Assembly: GCF_036365525.1 (NCBI RefSeq)
Contig: NC_090415.1
Span: 13,702,001-13,766,000 of the forward strand
Length of the DNA: 64,000 bases
From: Heterodontus francisci
Lineage: Eukaryota
Direction of reading: 5' to 3'
Below the pieces are notes generated by a model. The model saw only the letters and a program-made list of their open reading frames with translations, was not told where the DNA came from and searched no databases. The position numbers were made by a program, and so were the translations under genes. The number at the start of each line of letters is the position of its first letter. The stretch's first letter is position 1. Shown piece by piece: positions 53,004 through 64,000 of this stretch.

Positions 53004-53135
53004 TAAACTGACCCTGCCCGGAACTGAGTTTGGCATCAGATAACACAACGGCTCTTCAAAGAGACATCTAATTGGCAAAAGATAGAGCTGTTATCTCTTG
53101 TTGATTCCAGCACATAAACGTCTCAGAAGGATGTG
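53004..53135 (+). pseudogene. H3: Orphan H3 3' end (stop, 3'UTR, decayed stem-loop, HDE) with no CDS
   Basis: taaactgaccctgcccggaactgagtt..ggctcttcaaagagac..cacataaacgtctcagaagg matches 28095-28221. Confidence 0.88.
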
Positions 53136-53500
53136 ACCACCCTCTTTACTGTCCACTGATAACTCTCGAAGCAGAGTGACCCAGATTCCTTTGTCTCCAT
53201 ATTGCAGCTGGGAATTTCAGGACTTTGCAGTTCTCAGTGTGAGAGCAGTGACACCATTGTATACAAGACATTTTATCAGAGTAGCTCATTTTAGAACTCA
53301 AGACACGCCTTAGTGGTATATAAACGGTAGTATTGTAAAAAAGCCTTACAAATATGGCAAGAGAAAATTAAAATGCATTCCATCTGATGAGCAGATAAAT
53401 GCTCGACTCCAGTACAATTCATACCAACACAAAATAACGCGAACAGTATAACATTACCGTCTCTCAGACAGTAACCAGCCCTTTCACAGATAAAGTGGGT

Positions 53501-53516
53501 GGCTCTGAAAAGAGCC
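53501..53516 (-). terminator. Histone 3' stem-loop (H2A)
   Basis: Minus strand GGCTCT-TTTC-AGAGCC-ACCCA, HDE gtgaaagggctg. Confidence 0.95.
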
Positions 53517-53546
53517 TTTGGGTTGTCAAATTCAGGTCTGGCAGCT

Positions 53547-53936
53547 TCACTTGCCCTTCGTGCTCGGAGCGCTGGTTTTCTTCGGCAGCAGCACGGCCTG
53601 GATATTAGGCAGCACACCGCCTTGTGCGATGGTCACCCCTCCCAGCAGCCTGTTGAGCTCCTCGTCGTTGCGGACGGCCAGCTGCAGGTGTCTGGGGATG
53701 ATACGGCTCTTCTTGTTGTCCCGGGCCGCGTTGCCGGCCAGCTCGAGGATTTCAGCTGTCAGATACTCGAGCACAGCAGCCAGATAGACCGGGGCTCCGG
53801 CACCCACCCGCTCAGCATAGTTGCCCTTTTTAAGGAACCTGTGAACACGGCCCACCGGGAACTGCAGTCCAGCTCGGGAGGAGCGGGACTTGGCCTTGGA
53901 CCGAGCTTTACCACCAGTCTTCCCTCTTCCAGACAT
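53547..53936 (-). CDS. H2A: Histone H2A (129 aa)
   Basis: [32 protein letters not shown]...[15 protein letters not shown]; no SQ(E/D)Y motif, so not H2A.X. Confidence 0.97.
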   Translation of the reverse strand: MSGRGKTGGKARSKAKSRSSRAGLQFPVGRVHRFLKKGNYAERVGAGAPVYLAAVLEYLTAEILELAGNAARDNKKSRIIPRHLQLAVRNDEELNRLLGGVTIAQGGVLPNIQAVLLPKKTSAPSTKGK

Positions 53937-53974
53937 TTCCACAATCTCACAAGCACTTTCACGAAGAATGTTGA

Positions 53975-54185
53975 GATCCGCCCACATTCCTCCTCCTTGT
54001 CCCTTCTGGAGGAATGGAGTGGTGGGCACTGCTGATTGGTCACTCTGCTCTGTGCTCTTCATGTAACCAATCGGAGAGCTGCTGAATTCACCAATCAGGA
54101 GACGCCAAGGAGATGAGGGCGGAAAATAACGGCGCCAAATTGTCAGACTGCAACCGATTTTTCAAATTTGAAAAGCCCGCCAATA
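53975..54185 (-). promoter_or_regulatory. H2A promoter: three CCAAT boxes, GC boxes, E2F/CHR module, no evident TATA
   Basis: gattgg ~54034, ccaat ~54067 and ~54091; minus strand TTGGCGGGCTTTTCAAATTTGAAA 54160-54183. Confidence 0.6.
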
Positions 54186-54878
54186 TATTGGGGCTGCTTC
54201 AATAGAGAATATCACATTTATAGTTCTTTTTTTACGGTTAAATAAATAAAACCTTTTTCATATTGTGTTATTCTACATTTGGTAACAAGTTCCAGATTGG
54301 CTTTTACATTCTGACATCTATTCGGGTTTACTCTCTGTCCTTTTTAAAACCAGCGAGCAGAAAGTCTCTTTCACAACATTCTCCAACCGGGCACATTTCA
54401 TGTCAATTTTCATAATAATACCGCATCACTGATGAACGATTGTTTGTTATTCGTGGGAGACAACAGCGGAGTGTAGATTTTCAGTGTCAGGTGTCAGCGT
54501 GTGAGACGGAGGGTTCCGACACCACCCGGGGTTCTAGATAATGTACTTATTAATTTTTGAGGTCAAACTTGAACTAGGGAAATAAGTGACTGCGAACTGA
54601 TGTATGTGCGTTAAATCAGCTTTTATTGTCGAAATACAAAAAAGGAGCCGAATATGAACACGTCCGAGAACAAACCTCACAAATGGTCAGTGGTCAGTAA
54701 TTTATGTACGGGACATTATTAGTTAGAGACAGAAAGATCGCACGGGCAGTGAAACTGCATTAACCAGAATCTATGGGAGTAAAACAGAGATCACAAAGGC
54801 AAGGACACTTGATATATAAATCAATATAAGTCGATACTATACAGACAATGTTGTAGCTTTTTCAGAGAAGTTGTGGGT

Positions 54879-54894
54879 GGCTCTTAAAAGAGCC
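54879..54894 (-). terminator. Histone 3' stem-loop (H2B copy 2), intact
   Basis: Minus strand GGCTCT-TTTA-AGAGCC-ACCCA, HDE gaaaaagct. Confidence 0.95.
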
Positions 54895-54933
54895 TTTTTG
54901 TGTTTTGGGTGTGTTTCAGTACATTGCAGATAT

Positions 54934-55314
54934 TTACTTGGAGCTGGTGTACTTGGTGACCGCCTTTGTACCTTCCGACACGGCGTGTTTGGCCAGCTCC
55001 CCGGGCAGCAGCAGGCGCACGGCGGTCTGGATCTCCCGGGAGCTGATGGTCCTGCGTTTGTTGTAATGGGCCAGGCGGGAAGCCTCACGCGCGATTCGCT
55101 CGAAAATATCATTCACAAACGAATTCATGATGCTCATGGCCTTGGAGGAGATGCCGGTGTCAGGGTGAACCTGCTTCATCACTTTGTACACGTAGATGGA
55201 GTAACTTTCTTTCCTGGATCTTCTCCGTTTCTTGCTGCCCTTCACTGGCGCCTTCTTCAGAACTTTCTTGGCACCCTTCTTGGAAGGTGCTGCAGTTTTC
55301 TTCTCGTCAATCAT
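54934..55314 (-). CDS. H2B: Histone H2B variant (126 aa) with G75R and S87R (human numbering)
   Basis: [21 protein letters not shown]...[26 protein letters not shown]...KYTSSK. Confidence 0.95.
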   Translation of the reverse strand: MIDEKKTAAPSKKGAKKVLKKAPVKGSKKRRRSRKESYSIYVYKVMKQVHPDTGISSKAMSIMNSFVNDIFERIAREASRLAHYNKRRTISSREIQTAVRLLLPGELAKHAVSEGTKAVTKYTSSK

Positions 55315-55366
55315 GATCACGATCAACTTCAGACACAGAATAACCGAAATTTCGCTCCAGGCTCGC

Positions 55367-55502
55367 TTTTTATAGACATCCCCAGAACCCTATGCTAATG
55401 AGGAATGGGAGAAGGCCATGTTCATGATTGGCTGGTTTACAATGATGTCACTGCCTGATGTTCTGTATCTATCTGATTGGGTATCTAAAGTAACCAATCA
55501 CA
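55367..55502 (-). promoter_or_regulatory. H2B promoter: TATA, ATTAGCAT octamer variant, three CCAAT boxes (one reversed)
   Basis: ttttatag ~55368-55375, atgctaat 55392-55399, gattgg ~55426 and ~55475, ccaat ~55494. Confidence 0.75.
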
Positions 55503-55863
55503 TTTTGTGCTTCTCACAGCCACAAACTGTCGCAGCAGTCAGATCGTCCAAACCCCTTTGCCGGCCCTTATCCATCGACATCAGTGACTTTCTGAGTCCC
55601 TCTTCCTCATCAACCATTTCTATTTTGCTAGTACGAACTCGTCTCTTTTTTCACTCTACGTATAATTTCTCTAAAGTTCCCTTCCTTATCAGGATGTAGC
55701 GCCCCTCTGCACTTCCGACCATCAACAGGACCGAATCGTCCAGTATAGTGAGGGTCAGACTGGGGCAAATGCGAGCATTGAAGTGCAAGTCCTTATCTCC
55801 ATGTAGCGTGCCAAATAAGGTTGGTCAGCTGCAGTCACAAGTAACCACATGAAAGATTTATAT

Positions 55864-56953
55864 GACAGCGCTTCTGATATGTCTTCCTTTTTCCTCAACC
55901 GAGGATACCCTTGTCCTCACTTTCCACCCCATCAGCCTCCACATCCAAAGAATCATCCTCCGCCATTTCTGCCACCTCCAGCGTGATGCCACTACTAAAT
56001 GCATCTTCCCCTCCCTTCCCCTGTCAGCATTCCGAAGGGATCATTCCCTCTGCGACACCCTGGTCCACTCCTCCATTACCCCCACCACCTTGTCCCCTTC
56101 CCACGTCACCTTCCCCTGCAAACACAGGAGGTGTAATACCTGCCCCTTTACCTCCTCTCGCCTCACAATCCCAGGCCCCAAACACTCCTTTCGAGTGAAG
56201 CAGCGATTTACTTGTACTTCTTTCAATATGATAGACTGTATTCGCTGCTCACAAAGTGGTCTCCGCTACATTGGGGAGACCAAACGCATACTGGGTGACC
56301 GCTTTACACAACACTTCTGCTCAGTCTGAACGCATGACCCCGAGCTTCCGGTTGCTTGTCATTTCAACACTCCCCCCCTGCTCTCATGCTCATATCTCTG
56401 TCCTGGGATTGCTGCAGTGTTCCAGGGAACATCAACGCAAGCTCGAGGAACAGCATCTCATTTACTGATCAGGCACAATACAACCTGCCAGACTGAGCAT
56501 TGAGTTCAATAATTTCAGAGCATGACTGGCCCCCCATTTTACTTTTATTTTTAGTTATTCTTTCTTATTTATATTTATTTTTCTGTTTATTTTATATCAT
56601 CTTAGTTGGTACAGTTTGCTTACCCACTTTTTTTTCCATGTTGGTACTTGTGGCTATTCAAATTTCATCCATTAACACCCTATCTGTACTAATGCTTTGT
56701 CTTTCAACACACCATTAACATAATGTTTGCCTTTGATCCATGACCTTCTGGTCAGCTATTCTGTGACGTTGTCCTTTCTACACCTTCTCCTTTGTTATCT
56801 CGTGCCCCACCCCCGCTTTACTTCCTTAAAACATTTCACATTTCTAATATTTACCAGTTCTGAAGAAGGGTCACTGACCTGAAACGTTAACTCTGCTTCT
56901 CTCTCCACAGATGCTGCCAAACCAGCTGAGTATATACAGCATTTCTTGTTATT
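55864..56953 (+). mobile_element. Penelope-like element (same insertion as 1068-2155)
   Basis: Same truncation point and TSD (55849-55863; 56954-56968); CIRCSQSGLRYIGET. Confidence 0.85.
56856..56892 (+). ncRNA. Minimal type-I hammerhead ribozyme motif, best-preserved copy
   Basis: AGTT-CTGAAGA-A-GGGTC act GACCT-GAAA-C-GTT-AACT; palindromic AACGTT in place of the stem III loop. Confidence 0.65.
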
Positions 56954-57234
56954 ATGAAAGATTGAGATCGTGACCATTCCATATTTCTGGCTGAAACTCG
57001 GTGAGGCAAGGGAACTTATTATTACTGGCGACAAATATTCAGGAAAGATAGGTCTGAAAAATATGGAGGGTTGTGCAGTGGAAGGAATTGATCAAATATA
57101 ATATGATAACACTGGCAGGGATGCTGTTTTTGAGGTGTTAACAAAAGCATCTATTTGGTCATATATGCGGAATATGGCAGGAGGAAATGCATGGACATTC
57201 TGGGGCGCGAAATATTTGCCCTTCCCTGCAGGAC

Positions 57235-58215
57235 ATGTAAGTGTGGGATTCATTCTGTGCCCATCAGTATGTGATATTTACCTGTGGCTTTTACTCCGTA
57301 TCGGTCAATCTATGGTCAATGATTTTGTGATTTCATTCAATAATTTCAATCTTCAATAGGTGATTCTGTTTTTTTTTTTAAATTCTCCGTAACAATCAGT
57401 TTCTAAATGGGTGATTATGGGTTTTGTTCTGTACCTCTGAGCTTCTACTGAGTGAATGTGAGTTTTGCTATGTATCTGTTAATCTCCTCTTTTGGAATCT
57501 GGGCATTTCTCTTTATCTGTGAATTTCTGAATTGTGAATTTGGATTTTAATCTGCACCTGTCAGTTTCTGGTATGAAAGGTTGTTTGATTTTGTCTCTGT
57601 ACCTGTTAGTAAGTGGCATTTTTGTGTAGCTTTACACTGCACATGTTAATTGATGACACGCCAGCGTTGTTTTCACTCGACATGTCAGTCTCTGGTTTGG
57701 AGGCCTCGCCTATGTTCTGTATCCATCAGATGTCTACATATAAGGATGGGTTTTAACCCGTTTCTTTCAATCTGTTGTATGTAAGTACTGTTTATTATCT
57801 GTATCTGTACGTTTCTGATGAATGAATGTGGACTGTATCGCATCCCTGTCAGTGGTTCATTAAGAGATATTTTACAAGGTACCTGCCAGTTCTGATATGT
57901 CAGTATGGGTTGTGATCTACATCTGGCCGTTTCTGGTATGAGACATGAGCATTGTTTTCACTCTGTGTACGTTAGCCTCAAGTGTCAGAAGCTGGGTTTA
58001 GTCATACATCTCATTCTCTGCTGTATGATTGTGGATTTACATCTGTACAAGTTCGTTTCTGATACGGGCGTGTGAATTTTATTCTGTATGCCAATTTCTG
58101 GTATGTGAGTGTGTGTTTTTTCTGTCCTGTCACTTTCTGTTGAACTGTATGATGGATTCGCTTTGGATCTGTGAATTTCTGCTATGTGAATGTTGGCTTT
58201 CCTTTACATTTGTCA
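57235..58215. repeat. Degenerate ~41-bp array, block
   Basis: Duplicate of 2440-3385. Confidence 0.7.
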
Positions 58216-61200
58216 GAGAGTTATACAGCACAGAAACAGGCCCTTTGGCCCATTGTGTCTCTGCCTCCCATCAAGCATGAATATATTCGAATCACATTTG
58301 CCAGCACTTGGCCCATAGTCTTGTATGCTATGGCGTTTCAAGTGTTCATCTAAATCCTTCTCAAATGCTATGAGGGGTCCTGACTCTACCAGCCCTTCAG
58401 GTAGTGTGTTCCAGATTCCAACCACACTCTGTGTGAAATATTTTCTCCTCAAGTCCCCTCTAAACCTGCTGCCCATTACTGAAATCTATCTCCCCTGGTT
58501 ATTGATCCCTCCACTGAGGGAAACGTTTTCTTCCTATCTTTACTATCAATGTCCCGTCTAATTTTGTATACCTCAATCAGTTCCCCCCTCAGCCTTCTCT
58601 GCTCCAAGGAAAACAACCCTAGCCTATCCAGTCTCTCTTCATAACTGAAATGCCACAGCCCAGGAAACATCCTGATGAATCTCCTCTGCACGCTCTCCAT
58701 TGCAATCACTTCCTTCCTTTGGTGAGTTGACCAGAACTGTACACAGTACTCCAGCTGTGGCCTAACTAGCATTTCATTCAGCTCCCTCATAACCTCCCTG
58801 CTCTTATATTCTCATTCTCTGGTATATGAGTTTGTGTCTTTTTATTCTGGTTAGCTGTCACACTCACTTCTCTGAAGTAAACATCTTATGAACCGTCTCC
58901 AACACATTTCCTTCCTTTATTAAATAAGGAGACCAAAACTGCACACAGTATTCTAGATGTGGTCTCACCAATGCCCTGTTTCACTGAAGTATAACGGGAT
59001 TATTTTCATTTTCAATTCCTCACGTAATACTGGATAGCATTCCATTTGCCTTCCTTCTGTCTTGCTGTAACTGCACACTAACTTTTTTGACTCATGCACT
59101 AGAACACCTAGATCCCTCTCCAGAATTCTGCAGTCGCTCAGCACTGAAGTATTTTTTAATATTCCTGACAAAGTGAACAACTTCCCATTTTCTCACATTG
59201 TACATCATCTGCCAGATTCCTGCCCACTCACTCAACCTACATATATCAGTCTTCAACTTCCTTATGTCCTCCTCACTACATACATTCCTACCTATCTTTG
59301 TTTCATCTGCAAATTTAGCTGCCATGTCATCACTCCCCTCATCTACGTCATTGATATAAATTGTAAAAAGTTGAGGCCCCAGCACTCGTCACATCCTGCC
59401 AATCAGAAAAGGACCCATTTCTGCATTCTGTGTGTTCTGCCAGCCAGTCAATCTTCTATCCATGCCAATATGTTACCCATGAGCTCCTACTTTGCACAAT
59501 AACCTTTTATGTGGCACCTTGTCAAATGCCTTCTGGAAATCCAAGTACTGTCTGTCAACCGGGTTCCCCTTTATCCACAGTGCATGTTAGTCCTTCAAGG
59601 AACTTCAATAAATAGGTTAAACATGATTTCCCCTTCACAAAACCATGTTGACTATTCCTGATGACCTTATGTTTCTCAAAATGCCCAGTTATAGCCTCCT
59701 CATTGATCAATTCTACCACCTTCCTCATGACAGGGGTCAAGCTAACTGGCCTATAGTTAATGTTAACTCTGCATCTCTCTCCACAGATGCTGCCAGACCT
59801 GCTGAGTATTTCCAGCACTTTTTGTTTTGTTTCAAATTTCCAGCATCTGTAGTATTTTGCTTTTATATTACTGTAGTTACCCTTTCTCTGCCTCCACACC
59901 TTCTCGAATAGAGGGGTTATATTTTCTACTTTCCAGTCTGATGTCACCTTTCCAGAATCTTACGAATTTTGAAAAATTAACACCACCAAATCTATTACTT
60001 CCGTAGCCACCATTTTGAAACTCCTAGGATGAAGCCCATCGGGATCCGTGGACTTGTCAGCCCGTTGCTCCATCACTTTACTCAGTACCACTTCCCTGGT
60101 GATTGTAATTTCAACAAGTTCCTCTCTTCCATCCACCTCCTGATTTACAGCTATGATGGGAATGTTTTTTGTATTTGCTACAGTGAAGATAGAAGCATTT
60201 TTTAATGTACATTTCTTCTGTCATTTCCTTATTCTCAACCTTTAACTCCTAATTTTCATTCTCTAGAGGACCCAACACTCAATTTACTTGCACTTTTCCT
60301 TTTCTAATACCTGTGGAAACTCTTGCTATCAGTTTTTAGATTTCTAGCTAGCTTACACCCATGCTCTAATTTATTTTCCTGATTAACCTTTTAGTTATTC
60401 TCTGCCATTCTATATATTATGACCAATCATCTGACCTGCCACTCATCTTTGCACAATTCTCTGCCTTTTCATGCAGGTTGATGCCTTCCTTATCTTCTTT
60501 AATCAACCATGGATTGGGATCCTCCCCTTGGAATTATTTTTCGTAGTAGGGATATACTTATTTTAAGTATTCTGAAATATCCACTTAAATGTCTGCCACT
60601 GCTTCTCTATTGAACTATCTCTTGGCCCAGTAACCCAGTTCACTTCAGCTAGCTCAGCTTGTATGCCCACATAGCTGCCCTTATTTAAGTTTAAAATACT
60701 AGTCTTTGACCCACTCCTCTCATTTTCAAACTGGATGCAAACCTCAATCATATTGTGATCATTGCTACCAAGAGGTGCATATACTCTGAGGTCATTAATT
60801 AATCCTGTCAAATTACACAATACCAAGTCTAATATAACCTGCTCACTGGACGGGTCTGGAAGATACTGCTCAAAGAAACTATTTTGAAAGCATTCTATGA
60901 ACTCCTCATACAGGCTTCTATTACTAATCTGATTTTTTCCAGTTTATCTGTTGATTAAAATCACCCATGATTATTTCCATCTCTTTATCACAAGCACCCA
61001 ATAGTTATTCTTGTAGACTTCATCCTACATTGTGATGACTGTCTGTGGGCCTGTAGACTACACCCAATAGTGCCTTTTCCCCCGACTATTCCTCAACTCC
61101 ACCCAAACCGATTCTACATCCTGATCTCCTGAACCAAGGTCATGTCTAACTATTGCACGAATGCCAATCTTGTTTAACTGTGCCACCCCTCCAACTTCAC

Positions 61201-61300
61201 CTAGCTTCCTATTCTTCTTGAAAGTTACACACCCCTCAATATTGAGGACACAATCCTTGTCATCCTGCAGCCATGTCTCCATAATGGCTATTAGATCATA
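58215..61300 (-). mobile_element. Decayed CR1 fragments (duplicates of 3385-3984 and 9200-10940)
   Basis: [29 protein letters not shown] on the minus strand. Confidence 0.85.
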
Positions 61301-62016
61301 TTCATTTAACACTTCCCCTATCTCCTCTGATTCCACACACAACTTCCCACTACTATCCTTGATTCGCCCTAATCTAACTCTAGTCATTCTTTTATTCCTG
61401 ATATACCTATAGAAAGCCTTAGGGTTTTCCTTGATCCTATCCGCCAATGACTTCTCGTGTCCTCTCCTTGCTCTTCTTTGCTCTCCCTTTAGATCCTTCC
61501 TGGCAAGCTTGTCACTCTCAAGCGCCCTAACTGAGCCTTCACGTCTCATCCTAACATAAGCCGCCTTCTTCCTTTTGACAAGCGCTTCAGCTTCTTTAGT
61601 AAACCACGGCTCCCTCACTCAACAACTTCCTCCCTGCCTGACAGGTACATACTTATCAAGAACACGCAGTAGCTGCTCCTTGAATAAGCTCCACATTTCG
61701 ATTGTGCCCATCCCCTGCAGTTTCCTTCCCCATCCTACGCATCCTAAATCTTGCCTAATCGCATCATAATTTCCTTTCTCACAGCTATAATTCTTGCCCT
61801 GCAGTATATACCTGTCCCTGCCCATCGCTAAGGTAAACCTAACCGAATTGTGATCACTATCACCAAAGTGCTCACCTACATCTAAATCTAACACCTGGCC
61901 GGGTTCATTACCCAGTACCAAATCCAATGTGGCATCGCCCCTGGTTGGCCTGTCTACATTCTGAGTCAGAAAACCCTCCTGCACACACTGGACAAAAACT
62001 GACCCATCTAAAGTAC
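61300..62016 (-). mobile_element. Younger CR1 ORF2 internal fragment (APE end and linker)
   Basis: QEGFLTQNVDRPTRGDATLDLVLGNE..HFGDSDH; REPWFTKE..IKENPKAFYRYI. Confidence 0.85.
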
Positions 62017-62576
62017 TCGAGCCAGAGACCAGAAGCAGCAGCGAGAGCCGCTCGGTTCTGTTCTGTGGACCTGCTTGACCAGCAAAAGGTGAAGTGTGAC
62101 GTCACAGGAGAGCTGCTAAGTGATTGGTGGGTATTTCTTTCTTCCATTTGAGCAGTGGGAGTGGTGAGAGTGCGAGCCAGGGGGCAGCCGGGAAGGTAAG
62201 TTTCACTGTAAAGTACTTACCTCGTGATTGGGCGGACGCAGACATGGGGACTGCTGGGTAAGTGAACTTATATATTCAGGCAGTGGCTAAACCTGAAACA
62301 CTGCACGTGTAGTGTCTCCCACCCATCCTCCTCCTCAAACCAAAAAAAAAGGTCTCTTGTGTGGAGGGTTCGGTCAGGTAAGTTTTTTCCTTTATTTTTT
62401 AAAATCTCTTTTGTCAATTTAGAGTGGAGGGGATGGAAGCTCGGGCAGTTGCATGCTCCTCTTACAGGATGTGGGAGGTAAGGGTCACCAGTTGTTTAAT
62501 ATTGGAAGGCATCAAGATCGGCGCAGGCTTGGAGGGCCGAATGGCCTGTTCCTGTGCTGTACTGTTCATGGTTCTC
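62017..62576 (+). mobile_element. Probable CR1 5'UTR and ORF1 start (ATG 62433) joined directly to a CR1 3' tail
   Basis: MEARAVACSSYRMWEVRVT resembles the Cys-rich CR1 ORF1 N-terminus (from recall); 62516-62575 matches the tail at 900-955. Confidence 0.55.
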
Positions 62577-62789
62577 ACCATCTGTTGCTCTCTCACTCTC
62601 ACCTATTTTCTCTCAGTCTCTCCATCTCTCTTTGATTCTTTCAAGCTCAGTTCTTCCTCTCTCTCTCCCCATCACTCTCTCTTTTCTATTTCCCTCCCAA
62701 TTACTTGCTCTCCAACTGTCTTGCTATGTCTGTCCATGTTGGGTGCCTTTAAGAGTTTGGGACAGTTCTGGTGGTGCAGGGTCCCTTTA

Positions 62790-63210
62790 AGAGTCTGGTG
62801 CTGACCCCCTCCCCCACCCGAGGGGGGGCGGGGAGGGGGGGGGTGGGGTGACAAGTCGCCTTAACCGCGGCTGCGCGGAGGCAGGTTTTGACCCCTTGAC
62901 CTCCAGACACGTGGGGCAAGGCAGGGGGTGTCATCAGCCGCCATGTTTGCGTGACGTCACAAGCCGGCCACTTATTTCCGTAAACAGCAGCTGAAAGGAA
63001 AAAGAGAAGCGGCTTCAGCTCTCGATCTCAATGGAGGAAAGTTGAACGTCTGAGCCGGGGGAGAAATAAAAAAGCAGCGGTTAACGCTCTTGTAGAGATG
63101 CGCATGTGCGGAGCATCCTCCCAGAGTGCAGCGCGGCCTGTACCGCAGAAAGGGGACGTTCCCAGTCGCGCTGCATTGTGGGAGCCGCAGGACGCCATTG
63201 CCCCCTCATT
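62790..63210. promoter_or_regulatory. CpG-island-like promoter (YY1, CRE, NRF1-like, two ZNF143/Staf-like sites, G-tracts)
   Basis: gccgccatgttt 62937-62948, TGACGTCA 62952-62959, tgcgcatgtgcg 63099-63110, ctcccagagtgcagcgcg 63118-63135 and inverted cgcgctgcattgtggga 63167-63183; G-runs 62822-62848. Confidence 0.65.
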
Positions 63211-63519
63211 AACTCAGTAAAAATTAACTCATTCCCTCTCTGCTCTCCATCCCTCCTTTTCATATTGCAGGCTGAAATGGGCTTTGTTGGCATTCATTAC
63301 ACCATCCCGGGTGTGATCAGATACTCTGTCCCTTCGTAATCGATTTCCCGTCCCTCCAACAGCTTGTGCTTGTGATTGGCTTTTCTCCTACTGAAATGGT
63401 TGCTGAATGTGTTGGCCTTTTTCCTGGCTTCATAGCTAACCCTCTCTCGCTCTGTCTCTCTCCTAGTGTCAGTGGTAGCAGGAGGGAGAGAGAGAGGAAG
63501 ACGGAGAAAGACACAAAGA

Positions 63520-63832
63520 ACAACCCCAGCTTCTCAAATCTATCCACGTAACTGAAGTCCCTCATCCCTGGAACCTTGCTCCTGAATCTTTTTTGCATCC
63601 TCTCTACAGCCCCCACATCCTTCCTAAAGTATGGTGTCCAGAATTGGACACAATACTAGATGAGGATGAAGCAGTGTTTTATAAAGCTTCATCATAACCT
63701 CCTTGCTTTTATGCTCTCAGCCTCTATTTACAAAGCCTGGATCCCATATGCCTTTTAACCACTTTCTCAACTAGCCCTGCCACCTTCAATTTGTGCACAG
63801 ACACCCCCAGGTCTCTCTGTTCCTGCACCCAC
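63520..63832 (-). mobile_element. CR1 RT fragment
   Basis: AVERMQKRF..VPGMRDFSYVDRFEKLGLF. Confidence 0.75.
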
Positions 63833-63931
63833 TTCCTTCTCTTCTTAGATTCCCATAACAGAGAGGGACAGAAGGACAGGGAGGTCTAGAAATAAGGAGG
63901 GGGAGAGAGAGCAAACAAACAGGAAACACAT

Positions 63932-64000
63932 ATGGGAACACCACCACCTGCAAGTTTCCCTTCCAGTCTCACACCATCCTGACTTGGAACGATATCACCA
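63932..64000 (+). mobile_element. 3'UTR fragment of the second LINE family
   Basis: atgggaacaccaccacctgcaagtttccc matches 21603-21665. Confidence 0.65.

Larger units (their letters stand above)
55760..61300. repeat. Segmental duplicate of ~965-3984 plus ~9142-10940
   Basis: Long colinear high similarity, with a deletion junction at ~58811. Confidence 0.9.

Noticed and set aside
54485-54535. Faint resemblance to the 3' half of tRNA-Asp
   Set aside because: No cloverleaf or intact B-box; similarity too weak.
62790-62945. Minus-strand ATGGCGGCT as a protein start
   Set aside because: Frame closes after ~50 low-complexity codons; better explained as a YY1 motif.

Overview
Eukaryotic (vertebrate) genomic DNA, most likely an elasmobranch (shark): it carries HE1-type V-SINEs sharing a 3' tail with HER1/CR1 LINEs. 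The window is a replication-dependent histone gene locus embedded in decayed retroelements. Intact intronless genes with histone stem-loop/HDE 3' ends are H1 (+), H4 (+), H3.2 (+), H2B (-) at 23.9-29.5 kb and H2A (-), H2B (-) at 53.5-55.3 kb. There are three remnants: a 5'-deleted H2A, an orphan H3 3'UTR and a decayed H2B C-terminus. The locus is three paralogous segments, with homologous points at ~0.96, ~30.2 and ~55.76 kb; segments 1 and 3 are closest, suggesting a ~55 kb higher-order unit. The rest is CR1-group LINE fragments, SINEs, Penelope-like (GIY-YIG) elements, a dispersed degenerate ~41-bp array and three CpG-rich promoter-like elements. Main observations: (1) minimal hammerhead-ribozyme motifs in Penelope termini that also occur as stand-alone mini-elements, palindromes and a locally templated fold-back; (2) complementary degeneration of the two duplicated histone units; (3) an Arg-gaining H2B variant; (4) paralogous orphan promoters with a conserved splice donor, where LINE orientation switches. 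All calls come from manual reading; no database searches were run.
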